DNA of 64,000 bases from Octopus vulgaris (lineage: Eukaryota), in the NCBI GenBank assembly GCA_951406725.2, contig OX597831.1, positions 20,894,001 through 20,958,000 on the forward strand, given 5' to 3'. Below are positions 1 to 12,845 of the stretch, one piece after another (the stretch's first letter is position 1; each line of letters starts with the position of its first letter). The position numbers were made by a program, and so were the translations under genes. The notes under the pieces were generated by a model that saw only the letters and a program-made list of their open reading frames with translations, was not told where the DNA came from and ran no database searches.

Positions 1-434
1 AGTAATTGTCTTTGACTTTGTAAAAAACTTGAGTTTTTGAGAGAAAGGATGGATTTTTAACTGATTTAAATCGATCTCATTTCTTGACTGGTACTTCATT
101 TTGTCGACTGCGGAGCAATAAAGTACAAATGGACATCGGCGGGATTTGACGTTAGTACGAAAAAGAGCTGCCAAATCCACGAACAATCCTTTATACGATA
201 TGCACACGGCCTGATACTCATTTTATCAATTCGAATGAATGAATGGCAAGCCAGCCTCGGCTGAATTTGAACTCAGAACGTAATGACAGGCGAAATGCCG
301 CTGAGCATTTTGCCACCTGACATGCTAACGGTTCTGCTAAGCTCGCTGCATAATACCGATGTGATGAGAATGTCCTCTAGATTCATGTCAAATCACTATT
401 TGTCGAATCCTCAACAATTGGTTCTTTTGTTATA

Positions 435-835
435 CTCTTTACTCTTTACTCTTTTACTTGTTTCAGTCATTTGACTTCGGCCATGCTGGAGCACCGCCTT
501 TAGTCGAGCAAATCGACCCCGGGACTTATTCTTTGTAAGCCCAGTGCTTATTCTATCGGTCTCTTTTGCCGAACCGCTAAGTGACGGGGACGTAAACACA
601 CCAGCATCGGTTGTCAAGCAATGCTAGGGGGACAAACACAGACACACACACACATATATATATACATATACACGACAGGCTTCTTTCAGTTTCCGTCTAC
701 CAAATCCACTCACAAGGCATTGGTCGGCCCGGAGCTATAGCAGAAGACACTTGCCCAAGATGCCACGCAGTGGGACTGAACCCGGAGCCATGTGGTTGGT
801 AAGCAAGCTACTTACCACACAGCCACTCCTGCGCC
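435..835 (-). mobile_element. tRNA-derived SINE, family A, full length
   Basis: Minus strand begins GGCGCAGGAGTGGCTGTGTGGTAAG with A-box and B-box-like motifs. It has a CORE-like CTTGGGCAAGTGTCTT segment, an internal (TA)/(TG) tract and a (GAGTAAA)n tail. About 15 copies or fragments occur in the window. Confidence 0.9.
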
Positions 836-1567
836 TATATGTTCACTTAGACGCAGTATCTGGCTATCATGTACAAGTACAGCTGAGTAGTTAACTGTGC
901 ACAGTCGTGTCTGTATGATTAGGTGGTTAGGAATTTTATTTCACCTCTACATAATTACGGGTTTGGGCAAATGTATTCTGCATGTAGTCTCCTGTTGACA
1001 CATTTGAATACAATTTGCCTGACGGGAACTTCGTGGTACCACGTCGGATGGAGCTGTACCTCTTCTTGAGTGATAGTCTTTATACGCCACCCAATTTGGC
1101 AACAACACTAGGCCTTCAGGTAGTTTTAGCGAGATCTATTCTGTTGCAATCATTTATAAAGTGGGTCTCGTCTTTTTTTTTCCGCCAATCACAGAAGCCC
1201 CAAAACATTTTACCTGTGATGCCAATTATCCTCTCACTAAGTCATAACACCTCAACAGTAAGCATGAGCAAGTTTATGATTGATTTGAATCGAGTCTCGT
1301 CTTGTATTGTTTACAGAAGCAAATGCAGTTAATTACTTAATGACCAATATTTAAAGACGACGTACTGACAGAGATCGATGATATACGCAACAAACTCAAT
1401 GAAGGGATTCAGATCGATATGCTTGGCTGAAACACTTGAAATTAATGCCTCGGCATGGTCTGAGTCCATTGACAGAAGCATTGGTTATGCCTGGGGGTGC
1501 AGACAGCATGATGATGTGCCTGAAATGCTTTGTATTATAGGCTATATTCTAACAGAACTAGTATGGA

Positions 1568-1718
1568 GCTTCTTCTTCTTCTTCTTCTTCTTCTTCTTCT
1601 TCTTCTTCTTCTTCTTCTTCTTCTTCTTCTTCTTCTTCTTCTTCTTTCTTCTTCTTCTTCTTCTTCTTCTTCTTCTTCTTCTTCCTCCTCCTCCTTCTCC
1701 TCCTCCTTCTTCTTCTTC
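1568..1718. repeat. (CTT)n/(CCT)n microsatellite
   Basis: Directly visible; the source of the poly-F/L/S ORFs. Confidence 0.95.
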
Positions 1719-1829
1719 AGCTCCTACTTAACATCCTTATGAAATTTTCAAGTTAAAAGTTCACTCCTGTAATGATTCAGCGACAGAACAACATTGACCG
1801 ACAGGAACGAACTGACCATATTTACACAT

Positions 1830-1891
<62 letters not shown>

Positions 1892-3086
1892 GTATATATA
1901 CACACTCACAAGTACTCAAATATTTTCGTTCCGTCCCCGTTATATTAGGACTTCAAATATCATCGTTGATAGGCCTGCACCTTTCATCCCTGGAAAATCG
2001 ATAAAATAAATAGCAATGGTATAAATCGATCGATTATGCCCTTTTCAGCTCTGGGAAGATTGGCCTTGCGCCTGGTCAAAATAAATCAACTTACTTCTGA
2101 CGCAACATCATTTTCCAACGTTTGCAATTATAGCGGTAAATATTTTATTTCCATTTACCCGAAACGTGAGAGCCTTAGTAATTATTCGATAAATAGTTTA
2201 TATAAACTAATATCATTTGACATTTTCTGCCTTAATCCTTCCATTTTTTGTTGATTTGTATTTACGTTTTCATTAATTTTGTTATTTATATTTTGTCGTT
2301 CTTATTTATTTCCTACTTCGTGAATGATTGTTACCGTCTGCTAATAACAGAGCTTTATTACATAAACAGCAGACGACACCGACGTACAGTAGCTGACGAT
2401 AACCTATAACTGTATGTAAACAGACGACTTTTTCTTTTGGGTGGATTAAAAGGCTTACAACTCACCAAGGTAACAGAGTTAATGAATTAAATGCTTTCAG
2501 TTGTCTTCGTCGTTTTTCTGTTCATTTTTCATCTTTATTTTGTTATTTAATTTTTTTTTCTTTCTGCCATTCTCGCTTCATTCATTTTTTTGTTTTCTTT
2601 ATTATGTTTTCTTTTTTCCCCCATTTTCTTATTTCATCTACTTCAATATATTTTTGTTTTCGTATTTTTTCTGTTCTTTCATATTCTACTTCGTCTTTTC
2701 GATAGAAAAATGCTCGTGAAAATGGTGCAAGTTGTTAAGTTTGTCGACAAATATGTCGACACAACAACATAATCAGCGAGGTTGTCCCCAGCCTCTAAAA
2801 GGTCTCTTGATCAATTTATAGCCATACTGGTAAATACAGAAGATAAAAAGAGTCATAATAGAAACTTCATAAGCTGCCAAGACTCACAAATCACATGTTC
2901 TCTGAATATGACAGCGATCCATTATATGCAACATTTCTATAATATAAATTATATCTACCAACTTGTAACTTACAAAAGTTATGACCGACTTGATAAATAG
3001 GTATTGGACGGACAACCATAATGTGGTGAGGTCAAATTTACAATATGCATGCTGGCTTATTTTATTCAGTATCTTTCATTACGTAA

Positions 3087-3668
3087 GGCGGCGAGCTGGC
3101 AGAAACGTTAGCACGCCGGGCGAAATGCGTAGCCGTATTCCGTCTGCCGTTACGTTCTGAGTTCAAATTCCGCCGAGGTCGACTTTGCCGTTCATCCTTT
3201 CGGGGTCGATAAATTAAGTACCAGTTACGCACTGGGGTCGATGTATTCGGCTTAATCCGTTTGCCTTTTCTTGTTGTCCCCTCTGTGTTTAGCCCCTTGT
3301 GGGTAGTAAAGAAATAGGTATTTCGACTGCCGCTACGTTCTGAGTTCAAATTCCGCCGAGGTCGACTTTGCCTTTCGTCCTTTCGGGGTCGATTAAATAA
3401 GTACCGGTTACGCACTGGGGCCGATATAATCAACTTAATCCGTTTGTCTGTACTTGTTTGTCCTCTCTGTGTTTAGCCCCTTGTGGGTAGTAAATAAATA
3501 GGTATTTCGTCTGCCGCTACGTTCTGAGTTCAAATTCCGCCGAGTTTGACTTTGCCTTTCATCCTTTCGGGGTCGATAAATTAAGTACCAGCTGCATAAT
3601 GGGGAAGATCTAATCGACTGGCTCCCTCCACAAAAATTTCGGGCTTTGTGCCCTGAGTAGAAAGAATA
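3087..3668 (+). mobile_element. tRNA-derived SINE, family B, with three tandem ~180-bp body units
   Basis: Head GGCGGCGAGCTGGCAGAAACGTTAGC. The unit GTATTTCGTCTGCC..GAGTTCAAATTCC (B-box)..GCCTTTCATCCTTTCGGGGTCGATAAATTAAGTACCAG is repeated; this motif resembles the MetaSINE central domain from recall. Confidence 0.85.
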
Positions 3669-4323
3669 TTTTTCAATATGCCTACATGTTAAGAATTGTG
3701 ACGAGATCTCGGGTGATTTTTAATGAGAATATTTACTCCTCTTACTTCAAGGCTACAAAAAAATTTCCTTTATTTCTTTATGGGTTTGGTCAGGTCAATA
3801 GAAAGGGTCTATAGTAATGAAGTCTGCAAGATATTCAAGACATTCTGCATACTGATGCTCTACACAAATCCTATATATATACATTTTTTATATTTTACTT
3901 GTTTCAGTGATTCAGTGATTCAGTTATTAGACTGCGGTCGCGCTGGAGCAAAATATTGAAGAATTTCTTCGTCGTATATATACGTCTATCAAATCCAGTC
4001 AAAAGTCTTTGGACAACCCTATGTCTGTATATATGTATTTGCTATTAGTGACTGTGTTTGTCCCTCCACCATCGCATGACAACCGATGCTGGCGTGTTTA
4101 GTTCCATGTAACTTAGCGATTCGGCAAAAGAAACGACAGAATAGGTACTAGGCTTACAAAGAGTACGTCGTGCGGTCGATTTCTTCAACTAGAAAACCCT
4201 TTCAGATGTTGCTCGAGCATGACTGCTGTCAAATGACTGAAAAAAGCAAAAGAATAAAAGAATAAAAGTATACACACACACACACATACACAGACATATA
4301 TATATACATATATACGTACATAG

Positions 4324-4359
<36 letters not shown>

Positions 4360-4361
<2 letters not shown>

Positions 4362-4798
4362 TATTGGTGAATTGAAGAAATGGAGCTGAACGCAGATTGA
4401 ACAGAAATCGTTTTATTTCATTCTACACGTGTTTCGAAAGGCACAAATTACCAAAATCCGATGGAATAATGGGACCATATTGTGTCTTTCTCTTCAGGAA
4501 GAAAATATTCCTGAAGAGAAAGACACAATATGGTCCCATTATTCCATCGGATTTTGGTAATTTGTGCCTTTCGAAACACGTGTAGAATGAAATAAAACGA
4601 TTTCTGTTCAATCTGCGTTCAGCTCCATTTCTTCAATTCACCAATAATGTTCTAATTTCAATTATCCGCACCAACGCACGGTTGCAACACCATATGGTTG
4701 TACCTCCAACCGTGCTGTTTTACTGCTGTGATTTTTGCTACTAAGGTATCGGTTAAACTTTTGATTAATCTACTACAAGATTATTCATCTTTCTATTT

Positions 4799-4801
<3 letters not shown>
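4360..4801. mobile_element. Penelope-like non-autonomous element in (TA)n: perfect palindrome (4360-4500 / 4508-4648) plus a unique right tail
   Basis: 141-bp arms are exact reverse complements around a 7-nt loop (GAAAATA). The arms carry a hammerhead motif, and (TA)n flanks both sides. Confidence 0.7.
4507..4588 (+). ncRNA. Minimal type-I hammerhead ribozyme motif with extended stem II (mirror copy on minus strand ~4420-4500)
   Basis: ATTC (stem I), CTGAAGA (4511-4517), GAAAGACACAA..TTGTGCCTTTC (stem II, 10/11 bp), GAAA, C-ACGT-G, TA, GAAT (stem I'). All core nucleotides are present. Confidence 0.8.
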
Positions 4802-5526
<725 letters not shown>

Positions 5527-5775
5527 CATATATACGTATATATAAGCATAAATGTATGTCCTTGAATACATACATACACATATGTTTATGTAAACGAGAA
5601 TGACATTTTGCGTTGATCAATATACTACCATTCTCGTTGTGCAAATCCATTTTTAACTTTCTCCAACTCCTCCTTCCCATCCTTCTGGAACAAATGGAAT
5701 GTGCTTAAACCTGGAAAGAGACTGGCAAGGTATACGGACATATGTATGCACGACTATATGCACATACGATTATAA

Positions 5776-6006
5776 GGCGGCGAGCTGGCAGAAACGATAG
5801 CATGCCGGGCGAAATGCGTAGCCGTATTTCGTCTGCCGTTACGTTCTGAGTTCAAATTCTGCCGAGGTCGACTTTGCCTTTCATCCTTTCGGGGTCGATA
5901 AATTAAGTACCAGTTACGCACTGGGTTCGATGTAATCGACTTAATCCGTTTGTCTGTCCTTGTTTGTCCTCTCTGTGTTTTACCCCTTGTGGGTAGTAAA
6001 GAAATA
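5776..6006 (+). mobile_element. SINE family B, monomer, with 15-bp TSD
   Basis: Head plus one unit. TATATGCACATACGA occurs at 5755-5769 and 6007-6021. Confidence 0.9.
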
Positions 6007-6123
6007 TATATGCACATACGAGTATGTATGCAAACTATCTATATAGACATATACAAACACGCACGCAATGACAGGCATGCATATTTTCTTCCTGTTTTTT
6101 GTTTCAGCGTTGATATTGGACCG

Positions 6124-6174
6124 GCTAGCAAGGTTGTGCGCGCTAGCAAGGTTGTGCGCGCTAGCAAGGTTGTA
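6124..6174. repeat. 18-bp tandem repeat, ~2.8 copies (GCTAGCAAGGTTGTGCGC)
   Basis: Directly visible. Confidence 0.85.
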
Positions 6175-6510
6175 CAGGAACGCATGATTAAATCGTAACA
6201 AGTTCCAGCAGAACTTTAACTGTCTCGGATATCATGATCATTTGTAACGTATGAATAAAGAAGTTGCTTGTCTGTTTGCTTGTCTGTCTGCTTGTCTGTC
6301 TGCCTAAAATAATTGGAAAATATTTACAGAGTGTTACCTGTGAAAATACGAACTTACATAATGTTACTCCATTAAGCAGTAGAAAAGTACTCGAAGTGTG
6401 AATAAATATGCCGTGCAGAGCCGTGTAGCGATATTCTGAAATACCAACGTTGTTTTAGTCTTACTAAGTAAACACACATACAGACATGCGCGCACACACC
6501 CGTACACACC

Positions 6511-6608
<98 letters not shown>

Positions 6609-7657
6609 CAATTATATTCACAGAAAAAAAGACGGACGGTTCATTACCGAGAAAGAAGTGTTCTTTTTCCAGTTCCATTGCTAATAATTATGGTTTCCAA
6701 TATGTCCCATAGAGATATAATGCTCTTTCTCGCTTATCCACCCACATTCATCTCACTTTGTTTCTATTCTTCCGGAGACATCTTGTGCTTACATACATAC
6801 GTACGTACGTACCTATATACCTACATACATACAAATATGCAAACATATGCACACGTGTATATACGTGCGTGTATGGATATATACAAACACATGCATACAT
6901 ATGTAAATATATTTACAAACGTATAGATATATCGATGCATATGTGTATATATAAATATATGTACGTGTGTGAGTGTATTTAAAAAGTAAAACCGATAGAT
7001 TATTTTATGGAACATTAACCTCTTACTTTCGGAGAAAATTTCATATCTATTGCTGTGTAACATAATGGTAAAAAAATTATACGTACGTATATATTCTTCT
7101 ATATTCGCCAGCATACAGACACATACACATACAATCATTTATGTTTACAGGCATATATTGTCAATGTTAACAGCGGAAAAAAACGGAAGGAGTCGAAATT
7201 AGTGAGAATTTTTTACGGTAAGTTTCACTCGTAAAGTACATTTACTGATAAATCTTGTAATATCCGAAGTAACTAAAGATACTTCGCACGTAAAAAGCTA
7301 TTTTACTTATCTTTCCGATATACTTCTGTATAATACTACTATAATGCTTGGTTATATAAGTTGGTTTTAAATTATTTTTATAGCTTTATTCTCGAACACC
7401 ATGGCAGTTTTCTCAAAGTATTTCACAAGTTGAAAATGTGTCTGTAAAAATATTTCCGACGTGTTCCGAAGTTGCTGTTATTTACCAATATCTGATTGTT
7501 ATATTTCAGGGCTATGTAAAAGAGATAGAATTTCCAGTAAAGTCTTCCTCTATTAAATTTCGGCCAAGGACAGTCCAATGCCAGATATTTTGCAAGTGTG
7601 TATAATAAGAACACTAACCTGTGACTGGATAAATCTCGTTCCACGTATGCATATATT

Positions 7658-7723
<66 letters not shown>

Positions 7724-8622
7724 ATCAAAATAAGCAACAAGGATATTCAGAGGCAATGCAGTACGATCGTTTCTCGCAACTCCATTTAATTGAACAATGC
7801 AACCTTTACATCAATTTAAATGCAGACCAATCCTCAGCTGCACAAAGATATAGAATTTAATTAAGTTAAAACAGATGGACACATTAGAATAATGTTACCT
7901 AAAATTTCCAAGAAGTTAAGGAGATAGGCAAAGAACATGATGCTTTCACTTCCATTTAGTAGCTTCTGTGGAAGTGAAGGCAGCATGTTCTTGGTCTACC
8001 TCCTTAAAAAATTGACAAACATTCCTTACAGATGTTTCACTTCAGAGCCTCAGATAATTAATTAATTAATTAAATTAAAAATCATTTGAAAGTCGAATAT
8101 CTTCAGAGGTAGATTTACAAAATTACAAAATAGGTGTTAACCATTAACTGATAAAATTTATACATAAAAAACATAGTATCAAAATGGTGGAGACCTTAGA
8201 AGGGGAGTACGGTTGTGTATAATGGAGTTCTAAAACAATGCGTTCACCTGGAGTGTTAAGTACATGAACGCTCAAGCAGATATAATTGGTAAAAATGTCA
8301 ATTTGTGCTATTATATCTATTCTTATTAAATCAGTATAAAATTAATATCTTTTAGTTTAATTCATATGTGTACAGTTATTAATATTTAATTCAGGTAATC
8401 TGTTACTTATAACTATCGAAATAGTTTATAATTTAAGTTATTCTTTTTCTCATTCCTTATGATTACATGCATGATTAAAATTTAAAATTGTTTAATAGCT
8501 TATTAACCCTTTAGTTTCTCACTTTTCTTTCATTAACCCTCTATGATTCCTTCATTATATTATTTATATCTCTCTACTTTTCTTTCATTAACCCTCTATG
8601 ATTCCTTCATTATATTATTTAT

Positions 8623-9017
8623 ATCTCTCTTTCTCTTTTACTTGTTTCAGTCATTTGACTGCGGCCATGCTGGAGCACCGCCTTTAGTCGAGCAAATCGA
8701 CCCCGGGACTTATTCTTTGTAAGCCCAGTACTTATTCTATCGGTCGCTTTTGCCGAACCGCTAAGTGACGGGAACGTAAACACACCAGCATCGGTTGTCA
8801 AGCAATGCTAGGGTGACAAACACAGACACACACATACATATATATACATATATACGACAGGCTTCTTTCAGTTTCCGTCTACCAAATCCACTCACAAGGC
8901 ATTGGTCGGCCCGGGGCTAAAGCAGAAGACACTTGCCCAAGATGCCACGCAGTGGGACTGAACCCGGAACCATGTGGTTGGTTAGCAAGCTACTTACCAC
9001 ACAGCCACTCCTGCACC
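8623..9017 (-). mobile_element. SINE family A, full length
   Basis: Near-identical to 435-835. Confidence 0.9.
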
Positions 9018-9376
9018 TATCACTTATATCACTTACCATGTATATACATTTATTTATGTAATTATTTGTATTTTACCCTCTCTTATTCATATTGCTTGGA
9101 TTATGAATTTGATAACTATATATTATTATAAACTCAATATTTATCTTGTACGCATACTATGTTCACTGTATATCTTGCACCTATCTCATAATGCTTTTAA
9201 ATTTAATGTTCCATTATTATATTTATGAATTAAAATGTGGACTTGTTTATTCATAACTAAATTCTTACAGCTAACCCTTTCATTATTTTCTGATTAATAG
9301 GCTTTACCACTTAAACTATATTTGGTCCTATCTCCACCTATGTATATATAAACTATAACTACAGCTTTTCTTATAC

Positions 9377-9875
9377 CTCTTCTTCTTCTTAATCCTTTTG
9401 CCCCTTGTGGAGAATAGGGCCTCAACAGTTGTTTTCCACGTTTGCGGTCATTGGAGTGCTTTGTGGCTCCTTCCCATGTCAGTCTGGTGGTCCTGAGCTC
9501 GTCCAAAATGCTCCGCTTCCATATCTGCTTCGGGCGTCCTTGCTTCCTTTTCCTCTGCGGGTTCCAGTCAAGTGCTTGTCGTGTCCCATTTGAGGGTTCT
9601 TTCCGCAGTCTGTGCCCGATTCATCTCCATTTCCTTCGTCTAATCTGAACATGTATGGGCTCCTGGCTGGCCCTTTGCCACCGGTTGGTGTTTGGCACTC
9701 TATCGAACCACTTCAGATGGAGGATCTGCCGGAGACATTTGTTGATGAAGATCTGGATTTTCTTGTACTTGCTGCAGGTGGCTCTCCATGTTTCAGAGCC
9801 ATACAAAAGCACAGATTTTACGTTTGAACTAAATAAGCGGAATTTAGTTCGAGCTGAGATGGCATTGGACTTCCA
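9377..9875 (-). mobile_element. RTE-clade LINE 3' fragment
   Basis: LLYGSETW..FINKCLRQILHLKWFDRVPN..IRRRKWR, then IGH and GRPK-like motifs. Ends in an (AAG)n tail. Confidence 0.85.
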
Positions 9876-10695
9876 TATATCTACCTACCATTAAATCAAA
9901 CATTATCCCCTCTATTCTTCCAGCATTTTATTAATTAAATATATTTTCCTTCCTATTTTGGTTGAATGCTTTAACATTTTAGTTATAAATCCACTTAACT
10001 TACTATTCAATATATTATTTTTTTACTTCGTACCTTGCACAACGCTCTAAGTGTATATAAGTACATTTTCTATCTAGCCCAATTTATTTATTTGCTTTAC
10101 TCAATTTATTATTAATTACCTCCCCTTGACTGTTTGTTTTCCTTTTTCATTGATTTTTATATTTGGTCCTTTCTCCAGCTATATATACATAATATAATTG
10201 CAGTTGACTTTTATTTATCTCCTAGTCAGCAAAATAATAACTTTTATAATTCCTACATATCCTACCTCTCTCTCTCCTTAAACACATGTCTATCTCATGT
10301 GTATAATAATTTTTAAGTTTTTTTATTTATTTACATGAATATTTGCATTCACCGGTTCGTATTTTGTGTGTCTATAATTTAGTTTGTTCCTAGTTTTTCG
10401 TAAGCTCTTCTCCTCTCAATCAAATTAATTGTACTATATGAAACAAACCTATAGTCATTTCCGAACTCACTAAAAAAGAGTTATTTTGTTCTACCAGTTT
10501 TCGCTTAAATTAGATTCTTCCTAGATTTTCCTTAGCCATTCACCTCTACATGAATACCTACTTGCGGTTTTCAGAGCTTTATATTTAACTATTGATATAT
10601 TTAACCATTTGAATATTTTTATTGATAAATTTTAATTTAACTCGCTGAATTGACCGATATTTAAGCCCTTATTACTACTTTAATTAGCATATTTG

Positions 10696-11518
10696 GATCT
10701 TTACCTTTTGATCGACAGATTTAAATAATAATTTTTTGTAACTGAACACATTCAAACTTCGTATAGTGGTAGAATATGTCACGTAAAAAATCTTTTACTC
10801 TTGGCGTTGTTGAGAAAATTCTGTATTTTGGAAGTTATATTTTGTTAAAGTTGTCGTATTTCGGTAATTTCAACGAATCAATGACGTGTATTCAGCTGAA
10901 TAAAATTACTACTGTTGTTTGTCAACAACAACTTCCGGTGGTGTATATTTCAATTGTCACTGTTATTTATGAAATATTTAATCTCAGTTACATTTGTATG
11001 AATAAATGTGTATATCTGAAGTATCTTTACTTCATGGCCCCACCATAATCTTTCGTGCTTCATTTTTCATTTTTTCTGTAACTCTGATCCTAAAACCTCA
11101 ACTCTAACCCTTACCCTAACTCTGAAACCGTAACCGTAACCGTAACCGTAACCCTAAAACCCTAACCCTAAAACCCTAGCCCCAACCCTAAAACCCTAAC
11201 CCTAAAACTCTAAAGCTAAAACCAGTACAAACGCACGAACGATGTCAAAAATAACAGTGACAAACGAAATATACACCGCCGATAGCTGTTGACAAACAAC
11301 GGCAGTAATTTTATTCAGCTGAATACACGTCATTGATTCGTTGAAATTACCGAAATACGACAACTTTAACAAGAAATATCTTCCAAAATACAGAATTTTC
11401 TCAACAACGCCAAGAGTAAAAGATGTTTTATGTGACACATTCTACAAGTATACGAAGTTTGAAGGTGTTTAGTTACAAAAAATTATTTTTTGAATCTGTC
11501 GGTCAAAAGGTAAAGATC
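10696..11518. mobile_element. Foldback/MITE DNA element with ~270-bp TIRs and internal telomere-like repeats
   Basis: 10696-10968 is inverted at 11247-11518, which explains the twin ORFs MSRKKSFTLG/MSHKTSFTLG. CCCTAA/CCGTAA repeats lie at ~11085-11220. Confidence 0.85.
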
Positions 11519-12539
11519 GCGATATATTTATTCCCTTTAATTCCTATTTTTCTATTTATTTATTTATGTTAAATACCATATCTCCGTACCTTCGCAACTT
11601 AACATTTTTACATTTTGTATTTCACTATACGAACGCGGCATATCTGTAATCTTAAATTAAATTTTGTCCCATAGTTCTGTATCTTTATTAGTCTAGATCA
11701 ATAATAAATTGTTAAGGGGTCAAAGGTAATAATTTATAATTCTTTATTCATTTATTTATTTTTCTCTATTTAATTTCACTCTTTACTCTATTTTGATTTA
11801 TTTATTTTACCTTAATCATGTTTTTATTTATAATGTTAATGTCCCCTAACATTAAGTCAATATTCGTACTGGTCTTTTCACTATTTCGCTATTTATAATA
11901 AGCAATAGATTGCCTGAATGTGTTCCACCTTAATTGAATATTAGTAACTATACACAGATGAATTAAACACTACATACTAATTTTATATTGATTTAATAAG
12001 AATAGACATAATAGTACAAATTGACATTTTTACCAATTATATCTACTTGCGCTTTCTTGTATTTAACACTCCAGATGAATAAATTGTTCTAAAACTCCAT
12101 TAAACACAACCTTACTCCCTTTCTAAGGTCTCCACCATTTTTATACTGTTCTTTATGTATAAATTATATCAGTTAACTGTTTGTAGCCATTTACTGAACA
12201 TTCAGGAATTGAACACCTATTTTATAATTGTGTAAATCTTTATCTACCGCTGAAGAGATTCGACTTTCAAATGATTTTTAATGTAATTAATTAATTTTCT
12301 GAGGGTCTGAAATGAAACAGCTGCAAGTAATTTATTAATTACCTCTCTATTTTCTCATCTTATTATAATACATAAATATACATAAACCAGTTGATTATTA
12401 AATAAATATATATAAACCAGTTGATTATTAAATATAATGTTCAATATTCTTTGTATAGGTAACTAACCAGCACTTTCATATGCTATCCCTGAATGTGGTT
12501 TGTAACTTAAAAATTTTCTTGTATATACATATACATAAT

Positions 12540-12584
<45 letters not shown>

Positions 12585-12808
12585 CAAGGTGGGCCAAAAC
12601 ACTTGCACAAATGAAATCTATGCGCTCCGGATTTGTCAAAGACATGCATCAATTTTTCTAAAGTTGAATAAAACCACAATAAGAACAATAACAACGCAAT
12701 ATAAATAAAATCTCGAAAGTTTTGGTGCAAGACCTTTCGTTTACTCTACATATATGTATGTATGCCTGTGAGAGGGTGTCAGACTGTATATGTTATGGGC
12801 GTATGTAC

Positions 12809-12840
<32 letters not shown>

Positions 12841-12845
<5 letters not shown>

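Larger units (their letters stand above)
7720..12520 (-). mobile_element. Decayed Penelope-like element with inverted ~400-bp repeats and nested insertions
   Basis: 8030-8425 is a diverged reverse complement of 11880-12325. Each copy carries a CTGAAGA..GAAAC hammerhead-like motif, and the whole unit is bounded by (TA)n. Confidence 0.55.

Noticed and set aside
411-802. Recurring peptides such as EDTCPRCHAVGLNPEPCGW and RPRKDERQSRPRRNLNSER seen at many loci
   Set aside because: They are chance translations of non-coding SINE families A and B, not a gene family.
1015-1332. 105-aa ORF in non-microsatellite sequence
   Set aside because: No recognisable motif or splice structure; probably decayed repeat.
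3136-3668. CRISPR-like or regularly spaced repeat array
   Set aside because: The units are ~180-bp whole-unit tandem copies with no unique spacers, in a eukaryotic context with no cas genes.
11085-11220. True telomere or chromosome fusion site
   Set aside because: It is short, degenerate, single-orientation and enclosed by transposon TIRs.
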